DNA from: Octopus vulgaris
Taxonomy: Eukaryota
Assembly: GCA_951406725.2 (NCBI GenBank)
Contig: OX597815.1
Span: 70,370,001-70,434,000, forward strand
DNA length: 64,000 bases
Reading direction: 5' to 3'
In this document: positions 13,399-27,051 of the stretch, piece after piece
Position numbering within the stretch: position 1 is the stretch's first letter
Layout: the number at the start of each line of letters is the position of its first letter
Made by a program: the position numbers and the translations under genes
The notes under the pieces: generated by a model
Database searches by the model: none
Told to the model about the DNA's origin: nothing
Seen by the model: the letters and a program-made list of their open reading frames with translations, nothing else

Positions 13399-13903
13399 AA
13401 CTTTACTCAACATACATTGAAGGAAAAATCTGTGTGTGTGTAGATGTGTGTATTGCCTGTTATATACATCATATTATATTATTATCTTTATAATTCACTT
13501 CCATCTTTACCCTTTAATTGTCACTTTAATTTTAACTTTCCTATGACATACAACTTTCAAGATGGTATAATTTGGTTGTTCATTTTGAACCGATAAAAAG
13601 GTTTTTTCAAATATTTTATGTATAAGTCTGTGTGTGTGTGTATATATATGTGTTGGTATAAATATCAACACACAAAAATATTTTTTCTTCTCCACTTCCT
13701 CCCTTATTTTTATTTTTATTTTTATTTTTATTTTTTTATTTTTTATTCTTTATATTTTTATTTATTCTTTATATTTTTTTATTTTATTTTTTATTTTTGT
13801 TTTTATTTTATTTTATTTTTTTAATTTTTTAATTTTTTATTTTTATTATTATTTTTATTTTCCCTTTTCTCTTTTTGTCTCTCTCCCCTTCTCCAAACAC
13901 ACA

Positions 13904-13955
<52 letters not shown>

Positions 13956-14161
13956 CACACACAGACACACAGAGAGACACACACACACACACACCTCCAC
14001 AGAATGATCATAGAAAGTGTGACCCCAAATGACATTTGCCAGGCCAACCTATGCACAACACACACTCAGTGACATTGAAATGGACAGCCAAAGTTCTTAT
14101 AAAACCACAGGGGGTCCAGCAGACCAACGGAAATAACACTTCTTCACTCTCAGATATAAAT

Positions 14162-14247
<86 letters not shown>

Positions 14248-14328
14248 ACATATTTTCTCTCTGTCTCACTTCCTCCTCACCCACTACTACGAAACTATAA
14301 AAAGGTTCAAACTACCCACAACTGATTT

Positions 14329-14366
14329 GATTTGAAAACCCACTAGAATGGGAGCAAGCGCTAATC
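14329..14366 (+). ncRNA. Atypical minimal hammerhead-like motif in the PLE 3'UTR (mirror copy about 9411-9448, - strand)
   Basis: GAU-[UUGAAAA]-CCCA cuagaa UGGG-A-[GCAA]-GCGC-UA|-AUC. Type I hammerhead topology with U3-A8 replacing C3-G8 and a palindromic stem III (AGCGCU). Confidence 0.45.
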
Positions 14367-14490
14367 CGAATGATATGATATATATGTAAAAAATGTAATA
14401 TATAAATAAATATCTACAAATATGAACCATCTGATCTGATTACCTCAATTTTTCTAATATATAATACCTGTACATCATCTCCAAACCTTC

Positions 14491-14539
<49 letters not shown>

Positions 14540-16431
14540 CATGTACATACATATATATGTATATACACATGCATATATGGGTACAGGGCGTCAAAAAACG
14601 TAAACAACATGAAAAACGAGAACAAGAATTAAAAAAAAACATGGAAAACGAACTTTTTTTTGAACAACGAAAGAAACAAATAAAAAAACAAGACAGGCAA
14701 CATAGAGAACAATTCTTTCAACACTTGTCCACTGTTTTATCTACTCCGCATTGCAAGTGTTAGGACTAGATGCGTCTTCGACAAAACAGTTGCTCCCGCA
14801 AAGCAAATTAAATAAAATTTGGGATTTGCAGAGAGTCAAAGTTGGTAACAAAACAGGACAGTTAAAACAAACGTTAAGGGATGTTAAGCCATAACGAGGT
14901 GAAGTTGGGAGCGCTGGAGAACAAGCTTTGACAGGAGACAGACAAAAATGCGCTCTATCCCTTGTAGCTGAACGAGAAGAAAGAAATTCGAGTTAAGAGA
15001 AGAAAGCTGGTCACGTGTGAGCAACAAGAATGTCAAGGAAGAAGAGTGAGGGAGAGATAGAGAACGGCGAAGGAGAGGGGAAGAATTAGAGAACGGGTGG
15101 GAGAGTAAAAAGAATATAGAAGGAGGAAGTGAGAGCGAGGAATAGAGATAGTGATAGAATAGTGTCGCATCAGAATTATTAAGACAAAAAAATTTTGGAA
15201 ATGGATGCGTTGCGTTCGATCATATAATAATATAAATAATATAAATAATATATATATATATATGCATATATACATACATACATACATGTACATACATATA
15301 TATGTATATACACATGATTATATGGGTACAGGACGTCAAAAAACGTAAACAACATAAAAAACAAGAACAATAATTACAAAAACATGGAAAACGAATTTTT
15401 TTCTTTTGAACAACGAAAGAAACAAATAGAAAAACGAAACAGGCAACATAAAGAACAATCCCCGGTATTGCAACATATGTAACAGATATTTTAGGTTTTT
15501 ACTTGTTTCTATCATTGACCGTCGGCCATAATGTGACACTGCTTTGGAGAGTTTAGTCGATCAAATCGGCTCCAGTACATATTTTAGGTCTGGTACATAT
15601 TTTATCGGTTACCTCATACCAAACCGCTAGATATAGAGTCGTAAACAAACCAGCACCGTTCATCCAGCAGTGAAGATTGAAACACGCGCGCGCGCACGCA
15701 CACACACACACACACAAAACAGAAGAGTAACGTGTAGTTGAGGAGTTTAATAAAACTGAGAGTTAATTGACCGGAAGTGACGGCAGTGACATCCTATAAT
15801 TTCATAACCTGAACTGGTGAAATCCCTTAATTTATTAACAGAACACTTTCATTATGCCACGTCCACAGGCATCAACTTGTATAGCACCTTCCTATGATAT
15901 TTTAAATATTTCAGAAATATCAGTCAATATTTCTCGTAAATAGGATTGTGTAGATTTACACGAAATTATGGGATGTCACTGTCATTACTTCTCGTCAATT
16001 TACTTTCATTACTTTAAAAACCCCAAAACTGTATACAAGGTCGGTTTTAAGCTAATAAGATTTGTTCAAATTGGGCCTCACGCCAAGAAAGGATCCTGGG
16101 CACACGCTCGAGCAGATGACTCTATAATGAATTTTCAGTATATCGTCGTGCCTAATGGTGGAGTCTTAAGCTTTTTAGCTGGGACTGGTGTACTACACGA
16201 ACGATTATACATCAATCTTCAGCTTTTGTAGAGTAGAGAGCCCCACTGACAATTCTCTAATTGAGCCCCACACTGATTACCGTCTGCTTTTTTTGTTCAA
16301 ACAGAGGTATATCAGTGAGTGCTGCTACCACGTAGAGAGCTATTCAACACTGTAGTTGTAGAATGTGATGTGATGAGTATTTAGTTACTATTTCTAACAG
16401 GTAGAATAACGGTATAGAGTAGGAGTCGACA

Positions 16432-16722
16432 AATTTACATCAGTAGCAGACGAAAGTCGTCCAGAATCGGCAAGTGAGAATGCTAGATGCACATGTCTGT
16501 CCTCTTGTGCTTTGTCAGTTGCATGTACTTACTGTCAACCGCATGCCTACAACGTCAGCAAAATTTCAACCCCTGGTTTATTATCTCAACTGTGACGGAT
16601 TTTGTCTTAGCATGCAGTCGTCAATGAATGCATGCTAACGACAAAGCCCAACGAGGTGAAAGTGGGCATCTAGCGTTCCTGCCGCCGCTGTTCGGCAATT
16701 TTCATCTGCTACTGATGTAATT
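16432..16722. mobile_element. MITE-like imperfect hairpin element
   Basis: TACATCAGTAGCAGA...TCTGCTACTGATGTA ends, with further internal inverted matches (GCTAGATGC/GCATCTAGC, GCTTTGTC/GACAAAGC). Confidence 0.65.
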
Positions 16723-17540
16723 TTCTGTCTTGAAACATAGTAGGTCCATAAAAAGCTATTACCCCCGGGCGAATACTGCAGATAATTTGCCATTCCTAAT
16801 GTATTTGTATTAAGTATGATATACAGATGGCTGTTTTAATCTAATACCGCTTCTGTTGCATATAGCGGAGGTCTAAAATAAAATTATAAGGTATTGTTAA
16901 TTTTTAAAAAATCTTGATTTAAAAAACAATAATTCTGTCACTCTTTCTAATAAGAAATATTTGAAGAAATTTAATGAAAATACTTAGCGAAATTGATAAT
17001 GAACAATAAAAATGCAGCTAAATTATATTGATATAATCCGAATATCAACCCCTTTGATAGCCACATAGAGACCCCTTCCCATAGGTTATTACTGGACACT
17101 TCGCTGGCCCCTGGTTTCGTCATTAACTCGTTCATCTCTCAATGTAGCCAGTAACGAAACCCTTAAAACCTTTAGATCGTTGAGACTACCCTGGATATGT
17201 CGACTTTATGTTGAGTATTTCGGGCAAAGCAGTCTCTTGGAAGGTGATGGTGGTGGTGGTGGCGACGATGACGATGATGATGGTGGCGGTTGTGGTGGGT
17301 GTCGTCCTTAATTTCAATCGATTAATACTCATCGAGTCAACAAAATTGGCCTCGTGCCTAGTCTTACCGTCTGCTTTTTTTGTTCAAACATATTTCACAC
17401 GTGGAGGAGTCCATTATAATATTAATCTACTTGCAACTGTACATAACTACTTAGATCACATTTTAGTTACATTTTATGTTTTTGCTTTTGTTTAGCTTAG
17501 TTAACGCTTGGAAGAGTACATTATAGTAACATTTTTATCT

Positions 17541-17900
17541 AGACGTGGCTGTGTGGTAAAAAGCTTACTTCTGAACCACATGGTTTCAGGTTCACTCCTA
17601 CTGCGTGATAACTTGGGCAAGTGTCTTCTACTATAGCCTCGGGCCAACCAAAGCCTTCTGAGTGGATTTGGTAAACGGAAACTGAAACTCATCGTATGTG
17701 TGTGTGTGTGTTTGTCTCCTACAACCGCTTGACAACCAGTTTTGGTATGTTTACGTCCCTGTAACTTGCGGTTCGGCAAAAAGACCGATTAAGTAGTAGG
17801 CTTTAAAAAAAAAGTACTGGATGTTGATTCATTCGACTAAAATTTCTTCAAGGCAGTGCACCAGCATGGCCGCAGTCTAATGACAAATGAATAACGAATA
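17541..17900 (+). mobile_element. tRNA-derived SINE family B with internal (TG)n
   Basis: GTGGCTGTGTGGTAA..GGTTCA.TCC.ACTGCG head and CCAGCATGGCCGCAGT tail. Other copies at about 2826-2922(-), 3319-3750, 21417-21820 and 44800-45030. Confidence 0.75.
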
Positions 17901-18047
17901 AAAAAAGATAACAACAGATTGCTTACATTTTATTTAAATAAAAATGGTTCTTGGGTTCCTTTCTGGTCTATGGCGTTCGTGTTTACTTGTACCCAGACGA
18001 GCTAAATAAAAAAAGGTATAGCCCTTGCACTCTCTCTTTCTCTCTGA

Positions 18048-18078
<31 letters not shown>

Positions 18079-20399
18079 CCTCTAACAAATCAACAAAGAG
18101 AAACAAGGAAGCCAAAAATCTAAAAAAAAAACTGACGAAAGAAAATTTTAAAAAGTAAATAAAAGCGCAAGTCTGGCGTTCTCTCAACGTTTTACCCAAA
18201 AAAAGAAACAAGAGCTGCTGCCATGTAGTGTTACTTGTTTGAGTTAGACCGTTCAGTTGGCTTTCGAATTGGTCGGTCATTTGGTAAAATATTATCGACA
18301 TAATGGTAGTAGTAGTAGTAGTCGTAACACGAACGACGGCGTTGGTGGCGCTGGCGATGAAGGTGGTGGTAAAGGTTGACGTTGCAATATAGTGGTGGTG
18401 GTGGTGGTGGTGACGGTGGTTAAAGGGGACGGTTGCGTATGATGGTAATTGTGTTGGGGGTAGTGGGTATTGTAATGGGGTTTAATGATGGTGATAGTGA
18501 CAGTTGTGGTGATGTTTGTGGTGATGTGATGGTGATGGTAGTGGCATGATGGTAGTAACAGTGATGATGATGATGGTGATGGTGATGAATATAGTGGTGG
18601 TGATCGTGGTGGACGATGGTGTTGATGTTAGTTGTACTGATTAAGATGCTAGTAGTAGTAGTAGTAGGGGTAGTAGTGGTAGTAGTATATTAATTTTAGT
18701 CAGTCAATTACAGTAGGGGCGCCAAAAGCTTGCCCGGGGACAAAGAGTCTTTTAGCGCCCCTACCTTGATTTCTTGACAGGCCAGAAATTTCGAGCCCCC
18801 TTATGAAACCTGTGCCCGATATGGAGGTGGGGGTGGAGATGACTGCTCCTTTCCCCACCACCCTTTCCTCTTGCTGTGTCTCAGAGTTAGTAAAGAGTGC
18901 AATTGTATTACGGTTGCTATTATTTAAGCCTAGGTCAGCCTTCATCACAGGCGTTCCACTCGTGATCACCGCTTGCAATTTCCAGACAGTTTATCTAGGA
19001 CAACGCAAAGCTATTCAATGTGCTCTGCCCTCGTTTTAAAGATGGCAGAATATGATTTGAGAGGAGATTTGGCTGGTGTTTCTAATAGCTTGACAGACCA
19101 CGCTTGTGGCTTCCTCGTTGCCTTACATAAGTATTGTTGATGTTGATTAACCCCAGATCAAGTATAACCTGTGTTTTAGGGGAGGGAAGGGGGTCGTGAG
19201 GCAAGGAGGTAAGTGTATTTGGGATTACATTATGTAATAAGACGGTGAGGTGTAATTTTAAAGATTTGGCTACTTCCAACTCGTAGAGCAACCATGTAGA
19301 AGCTAGTAGTAGTAGTTGTTGTTATTGCTGTTGCATCAAATTCGTCTGGCGAACAATAAAAGAAAATACATAAAAATTAAGCTATAAAAATTGTATCCGT
19401 GCAACGTAATTGTTCTGTGTGTATATGCTTGTGTACGTCTATATATTCCTGAGTGTGTCTGTTAGCGCGCGCTTATGTGTATGTCCGAGTCTGATTAGAG
19501 AGAGAGAGTAGTAGAAGAAGCAGGAAGTGTTTTTGTTGTTGTTACATACTGTCCGACCGACCGACCGACCGACCCGGCCGGCCGACCTTAAGGGTAAACA
19601 ATGGATTTGAAGTCTCTAGAGTAGCAACAGACAGACACGTCTTCCTTTTCTTCTTCTTGCATCCCATCCTTTTTATCATCCTTCTCCGCTTTCTTTTTCT
19701 AGATTTTAAAAAATTACTTTATTTTTTTCTTCCTTTTTCTCCCTCCCTATTTATCATTTCTTTTCTTTCCTTTCCTTTTCTTTCCTCTTTTATTATCGTC
19801 TGTTTCTTCAATATAGTTTCTTTAATACAATATTATTTTTTGTATTATTCACGTGACGCTATTTCTCATCAAGTTAGAATTGTTTAATTTTCCTTTTCCC
19901 GCTTTTGTTTAAATCCAGTCAAGGTTTAGTAATTTGTATTGCATTAATGAAAAGGATTTATTCTCCCGTCATGTGTTAATCTTCACTATAAACCATTGGA
20001 TAAAGGTTCAAATCTAATAAAAGTTAGGTATTCAATATAGCTTTTTTTGTTTTGCTTTGTTCGTTTTTGTATCGTCTATAGATATTTATCTTTAACCCTA
20101 GGACTCATAAGCCTGTTACCGAGTTTCCGTGCCGAGATCACAATTCCCCTGAACGGGACGTCGGTCCGTTGCAGGGTTCCAGACCAGAAATTTTGAGGGA
20201 GGAAATAAGTTTACATCGAAGCCCCAGTACTTGGTTAGGCCAGGTCAGCTATGGGGACATGCACTATTACAGTACGTGGCTACACTCATCATTTGTCGGT
20301 ATATTCCGGGGTCCTCCCGAGTGACCCGTCGAGTTTCAGTTAGTCACTGTCTCTGTGAGACACCTCCTCACCTACCGTGACCATATGACATGTGGTCAA

Positions 20400-20600
20400 C
20401 CAACACAAGCCGTCAACCCAACCACATCCTCAGTGAAGGGAACACGGTAAGCAGGGTCTAACTCGGAAAATCGAGCAACATGGCGCTCCCGAATTATACA
20501 AGTAACAGGACGCATCCTAGTTTCTGATTTGAGTTGTTGGTTGGATTTCATATCCAACCAACGGCAACCCATAATCTTGCGAAGCGTCCTAGTATCGAAG
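20400..20600 (-). pseudogene. RTE-like LINE 3' fragment
   Basis: FDTRTLRKIMGCRWLD..SNQQL..ET....TCIIRER.HVAR. Confidence 0.55.
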
Positions 20601-21571
20601 AAGTTCAGGTGGCTCACCAGTACTTGATTCGTACTTTATTTTATCGACCGCGAAGGGATGAAAGGTAGAGTTGACCTCGGGGGCATTTGAATTCAGAAGG
20701 TAAAGAGCTGGAAGAAATGCCGTCGAGCATTTTGTCCGACACGCAAGCGATTCTGCCAGGTCAGCGCCTTTCATCTGTAGATATACGTAAGAAGAATTTG
20801 GGTAATATGAAAAGAAAGAAGCATACACACATACATGCATGCACACATACATACATACATGCATGCATGCATGCATACATTCATACATACATACATACAT
20901 ACATACATACATACATACATACATACATACATACATACATACATACATACATACATACATACATACATACGCAGATGTATGCATACATCCATTCATATAC
21001 ACGAAAGAACCAAATAAAAAACGATCAGAAACAAGAAAATTGCAGCAAAGCTGCGTGATAGTGGTGCCAGACGTACCGTGCAGACCATCATATAATTTAT
21101 TTTATTCTCCTCTTTTAGTTTGACATGCGCTTTGCGTTTTTATTCTCTTCCGTTTTATGAATTCAGTGTGCACATGCGCATTGCGTGTTCATTTTCTCTT
21201 TCCGTTTCCTATGCAAAACTCTTTATATATCACAACCATCTCTCGAACTTGTGAGGAGAGTTTGCGCTCCGATGGTTGTGAAAGAAATTGCTTCGAGATA
21301 ATAAAATTTAGAATATTAAATCATAAACTACGTAAGCTGCAATGAAAACAGCCATAGCTGAAAGACTAAATTACAAATCAACGTATTATAAATGTAAAAT
21401 GTTGAGTATAAACGCAAGCATTGGTGTATCGTTAAGAAGCTTACTTTACAACAACGTGATTTCGGGTTCAGTCCCACTATGCAACATCTTGTGCAAGTGT
21501 CTTCAACTATAGCACCGGGGCGACCAATGTCTTGTGAATGAATTTGACAGACAGAAACTGTATGGAAGCTC

Positions 21572-21629
<58 letters not shown>

Positions 21630-22079
21630 TTCCACCCCACCACTACTTGACGACTGTTGTTTATGTCCCTGCAACTTATCCGTTCGGCAAAAGACACCAA
21701 TAGAATAAGCACCAAACTTTAAAAAAAGCATGTTAAACTAGGGTGGAGACTTGTTCAGCTAAAACCTCCTAGGGTAGTGGTCCAACGTGGTCTCAGTCCA
21801 ATGACAGACATAAAAGATAAAGTCAAAGATATTGTTTGTCATATGACCTTGAATCAATGTCAACAGCATAATTTGTATAATGACTCTACAGAGGGGAAAA
21901 ACAAAATAGAAGTTACTGAAAGTCAATATGTGGAATAAATGAATTTAATGAGTAAACAACGCAGAGTTATCGCAAATATGTTGAACAAAAAGGATATGAA
22001 ATATGAGTCACTGCACGAGAAAAAAATGTCTGAGAGAAAGTATTAAACAAATAGTCACCGGGTTCAAATTTTATAATAG

Positions 22080-22647
22080 TACTTCCTACTCTTGACACAA
22101 AGCCCGAAATTTGAGGGGAGGGGGCCAGTCGATTAGATCGACCCCAGGACGCAATAGTACTTGATTTATCGACCCTGAAAGGATGAAAGGTAAAGTCGAC
22201 CTCGGAGAAATTTGAACTCAAAACATAAAGACAGACGAAACACCTATTTCTTTACAACCCACAAGAGGGGACAAACAAGGACAGACAAACAGATTAAGTC
22301 GATTACATCTACCCCAGTGCATACCTGGTACTTATTTAATCGACCCCGAATGGATGAAAGGCAAAGTCGACCTCAGCGGAATTTGAACTCAGAACGTAGC
22401 GGCAGACGAAATACCTATTTCTTTACTACCTACAGGGGCTAAAAACAGAGGGGACAAACAAGGACAGACAAACGGATTAAGTCTATTATATCGACCCCAG
22501 TGCGTAACTGGTACTTATTTAATCGACCCCGAAAAGATGAAAGGCAAAGTCGACCTCGGCGGAATTTGAACTCAGAACGTAGCGGCAGACGAAATACCAC
22601 TAAGCATTTCGCCCGGCGTGCTAACGATTCTGCCAGTTCGCCGCCTT
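22080..22647 (-). mobile_element. Three head-to-tail SINE family A units
   Basis: GGCAAAGTCGACCTC..ATTTGAACTCA recurs at about 22190, 22360 and 22545. Other family A copies at about 8455-8625, 20610-20770, 31240-31425, 31782-31842, 37727-37830 and 40495-40615. Confidence 0.8.
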
Positions 22648-23000
22648 TTAAATCTTATAATAATATTTGTATTGCTTGTGCGAAAATCTCATTTTTTTTT
22701 TATCGTTGAGATTTGATCATATTACTGTGTGGACAGAGATTGGAGTACATTAGATCTACTGAAATTGTTGTGAACTATCCCGGCTCCATTCAATAAAAAT
22801 ATAAATGGATCAACATAGAAGCAAATAAATAGATAAGCAAACGGGTCAACTTCACTAAAATTGGCCACACACGAGCCTCCCAGAACATCTTGTATGATGA
22901 GTGAATGTTTGAGTGTGTGCGCGCGCGCGCGCGTGTTTACACATGCATATGTATGTGTGTGTGTATGTGTGCGTGTGCGTGCCTCTGTGTATACATACAT

Positions 23001-23106
<106 letters not shown>

Positions 23107-23381
23107 GACTCTACAACTTCTTTTTCCTCGAACTTTTTTTCCACGAACTTTTTTCCTCGTACTTTTTCATCGTCCTTTTTTGCCTTTCTTCTACCTCCAT
23201 TTTTCGATTTTTTTCCTCTGTCTCCCCTTCTCTGGATCTTTCCTTCTCCTATGTTTCCGACGAAGAGCTCCGCTCGAAACGTTAAACCCTCCTTCTTCCC
23301 TTCTTTCCTGAGCGTCCAATAATACTATATTTGTTCCACGTCCTCGCGTTGTTGTGTTTTTTTGTGTTTTCTTGTTTGGAT

Positions 23382-23434
<53 letters not shown>

Positions 23435-23478
23435 GTATGTATATATATATATATGTATGTATGTATGTGTATATATGT

Positions 23479-23520
<42 letters not shown>

Positions 23521-23582
23521 CTCTACCACTGGTATTTGAGTACTCTTTTTTCCACCTTGTTTCACATTTATGTGTTTACTCC

Positions 23583-23632
<50 letters not shown>

Positions 23633-23783
23633 CATATATACATACATATATATATATTAATAAATTTTAGGGTAGCAAAAAAATTCTAGAAAAATTCTCC
23701 ACTACCAGTGGTCTAGCGAGAAGGAAAAAATAGTCAATAGACTATATAATATACATTTAAACATTATGGCCATCTGTTATGTG

Positions 23784-23884
<101 letters not shown>

Positions 23885-24119
23885 TGCTTTAAATTTAAAT
23901 GTGAGTGTACATGTATTTCCTTGATGTTAGTTATGGAACTAGGAGTCCAATATGGAAAATAACTGTGTTTGTTAATGTACACTGATATATTTTGTTTATA
24001 TTGTATTATTGTATTAATGTGTATATATATATGTGTAGTTTTATGAGTGTCTATGCACACATTTTTATATTTTATATTTTTATATTTATATGTAAATTTT
24101 TTTCACACTTATATTAAAT

Positions 24120-24230
24120 TCTCTGAAGAGGCCGTGAGACATCCTTGTTAATGTCTCATTTATACCAGCTTTATATGGCTAATAGGTTAAATGAGACATA
24201 CTTGTCTTCACGGCCGAAACAGCTGTCAGA
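24120..24230 (+). ncRNA. Type I hammerhead ribozyme with long stem II insertion, in a solo PLE 3' end (about 23880-24400)
   Basis: UCU-CUGAAGA-GGCCGUGA...UCACGGCC-GAAA-CAGCUG-UC|AGA. Internal 12-bp hairpin ATGTCTCATTTA/TAAATGAGACAT. Confidence 0.85.
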
Positions 24231-24404
24231 TATGATGTAGTTGTATTTTATATTTCTATTTCCATGTCTAGTTATATTTGCAATATATTATGTATAATGT
24301 CATTGCTGTTAGGTAATGGTGTAATAAAGTATTGATTGGGTATTATCTGATGGTTGATGATTGATTGATTTACGTATGTTTCTCCATTTTCTCATTTTGT
24401 ATAC

Positions 24405-24436
<32 letters not shown>

Positions 24437-24806
24437 GTGCGTGTGTGCATGTGTGTATGCGTGTTTGTGTATAAATGTACGTATGTATATATGTATGTAT
24501 ACATATATGTATAGGTATATTGTAAATGCAATGAACAATAACAGAAAAAGGCAGCACGGGAGGGCTTAGGTTTAACGATTACCTGTATTAGATTAACGCT
24601 TAAAAGAAAGGAAAGAGTTTTAACCTTTCGGACGTTACTCCTTCATCAGAATAAACAGAAAAGACTAGATTGGGTAAAGACGTGTGTGTTTATGCGTGTG
24701 TATGTATGTATATATGTATAAGTACGTGTGTGTGTGTCTGTCTGTGTGTGTATATATATATATATATATACATATATATGTGTGTGTGTGTGTGTCTGTC
24801 TGTGTG

Positions 24807-24844
<38 letters not shown>

Positions 24845-25592
24845 CACGCATATTATATGTGTGTGATATGCATATTATATGTGCATGCGTGTGTGTGAGT
24901 GTCTGTGTGTGTGTGTATATAGATTGATAGATAAATAGAGAGAAAGAAAGAGAGAGCAGTATTAACTTTTACAAGGAAGTGGTTAGCAGTGACATTGAAG
25001 TTGACGTCATCAGAGTCTGATGAAAGAGAGCCATCCTAAACTTCGAACATACTGTCAACTTTTTCCTAGTAAAAACGCATAAATACGTACTCTACCAGCC
25101 AGGCTCATGGACCCAGTTTCCCGGTTTCTGTGGCATATGTGTTCCCCCCAGCTGGACGGGACGCCAGTCCATCGCAGCGTTACTCAAGAAACAGGAAGAG
25201 AGAATGAGAGAAAGTTGTGGCGAAAGAATACAACAGGGGTCGCCACCACCCCCTGCCGGATTATCGTGGACCTTTTTTTAGGTGTTTTCGCTCAATAAAC
25301 ACACCACGCCCGGTCTGGGAATCGAAAACGCAATCCTCTGACCGTGAGTCCACTGGCCTAACCACTGGGCCATTGTGCCTCGACACACACACACACACAC
25401 ACACACACAGACGCACACATATTTATATATATGCATGTGTGTGTGTGTATATATATATATGTATACATACACAAACGTACACACACAACACACACACACA
25501 TATTTATATATATATGCATGTGTGTGTGTATGTATATATATATATATATATGTATACATACACAAACATACATACATATAAATGTATGTGTA

Positions 25593-25637
<45 letters not shown>

Positions 25638-25718
25638 ATCTGTGTGTGTGTATACGCGTAAGTGAACAAACAAAAGAAAAAGGCACTCAACACATTTTGT
25701 GGGAGCTACATGTATTAC

Positions 25719-25932
25719 TTAAAACGGTTTGATTTGGCTTCATGCGACTTAAATTTTCGCGGGCCTCTAAAAGAAGCGTATCTCTTTCAGGCTATAGACT
25801 ACCGATTTGGTAATCTAGACCTGAAAGAAACGGGGTTTTGTTACAGGTCTGCATCTAAGCCTGAAAGAAACGTATTTCTTTCAGAGGCCCGCGAAAATTT
25901 AAGTCGCACAGAACTGAATAAAACTGTTTTAA
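25719..25932. mobile_element. MITE-like inverted-repeat element bounded by TTAA
   Basis: TGCGACTTAAATTTTCGCGGGCCTCT / AGAGGCCCGCGAAAATTTAAGTCGCA arms. Confidence 0.6.
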
Positions 25933-26933
25933 ATTATATAGATATGTATTGAGTAGCTAGTAGCTAAGAAAATGAATGATGAAATCTGTAGGGTACTTGT
26001 TTGACTGTAGTTGGACTGCCAAAGAAATCTTTAGTATAATACCTGAAGGCATCTAGAGTATTGTATATCTGTTTCTTCGAAGCTTTAGTACTCATCAGGA
26101 CGGTTACCTAGTCTCCAAGGTCGGTAAGTAACTGGGATCACATAATCCCCATTTCCATATGGATACAACACACACACAGTAGTATAATAAGCTCACGAAG
26201 TAGCGAGCATCATACTAAAGAGGTATATAAGCTGTCGTACACTACAGCATGAAAAGCATTCGCTGGGAGATCATACCTCAAAGAAACATTCCTCTGTGTT
26301 CACTTTGTGCGCAAAAACATATCAAATCAAGTTGCAGGGAATAGAATACTTTGCATGTTCCCTTTAAAAAGAATGTGTTTAATATACATGTATATATGTT
26401 GGAAGCGTTGTTTTGAACGCGGTAGAGTACGGTAAACGTCCTGAGAAATCCTATAGTACAGGCGTTAGGTATTAAGAAGCACAGATTATATCGGTTGACG
26501 AAATTTTGTCAGCACTGGCGAATGGCAGTGATTTCACCGTAAATTGCAAATCATCAGCAACAGACAGCAAAACACCAAATGCCAAAATGATGCAGTTTAA
26601 ACATTGGTTTGAATTCTTATTGTCGTTTGGGTGTGGAATATTTGCGAAATTTTATCAGGAAGACCAGCGTGCAAAATTGTGTTTGGAACAGTCACACGCA
26701 CACGCACATGCACACAACACATACACATATACATGCATATATACATACATACATTCATACATACATATATATATACATACATACAAACACGCGTGTGCGT
26801 ACGCGTTTTGGTGTTTTGACATTTCTTATGCAACAGAGGCTTTAACTTCGAAAGAAGGAATATAGACATATGAATGAATGCACGCGTATACACACGTGTA
26901 TATACATTACCATGTTCAAGCATACGCCATATA

Positions 26934-27051
26934 CAGGGTGCAGTGAATAACTGACCCTACTATACTGTGTATTCGACAAAATCAAAAACAGACAATGCGC
27001 ATGCGCGAAATTAAAGATATAAAATGGCGACAATCTGCCCATCGCACCCTG
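26934..27051. mobile_element. 118-bp MITE-like derivative of the Tc1/mariner element at 30035
   Basis: TA-CAGGGTGC...GCACCCTG-TA. The body is a reverse-complement match to 30035-30135. Confidence 0.6.

Larger units (their letters stand above)
9314..14463 (+). mobile_element. Young Penelope-like retroelement (C-terminal GIY-YIG; Naiad/Neptune type) with inverted upstream pseudo-LTR
   Basis: Intact RT+EN ORF. 9314-10805 is the reverse complement of 12964-14463, differing visibly only in repeat-tract lengths. The left end abuts (TA)n; the right end is about 30 bp from (TA)n. Confidence 0.95.

Noticed and set aside
26060-26100. Minus-strand CUGAUGAGUAC...GAAACAGAUA hammerhead
   Set aside because: Stems II and III do not pair in this copy; too degenerate to call.
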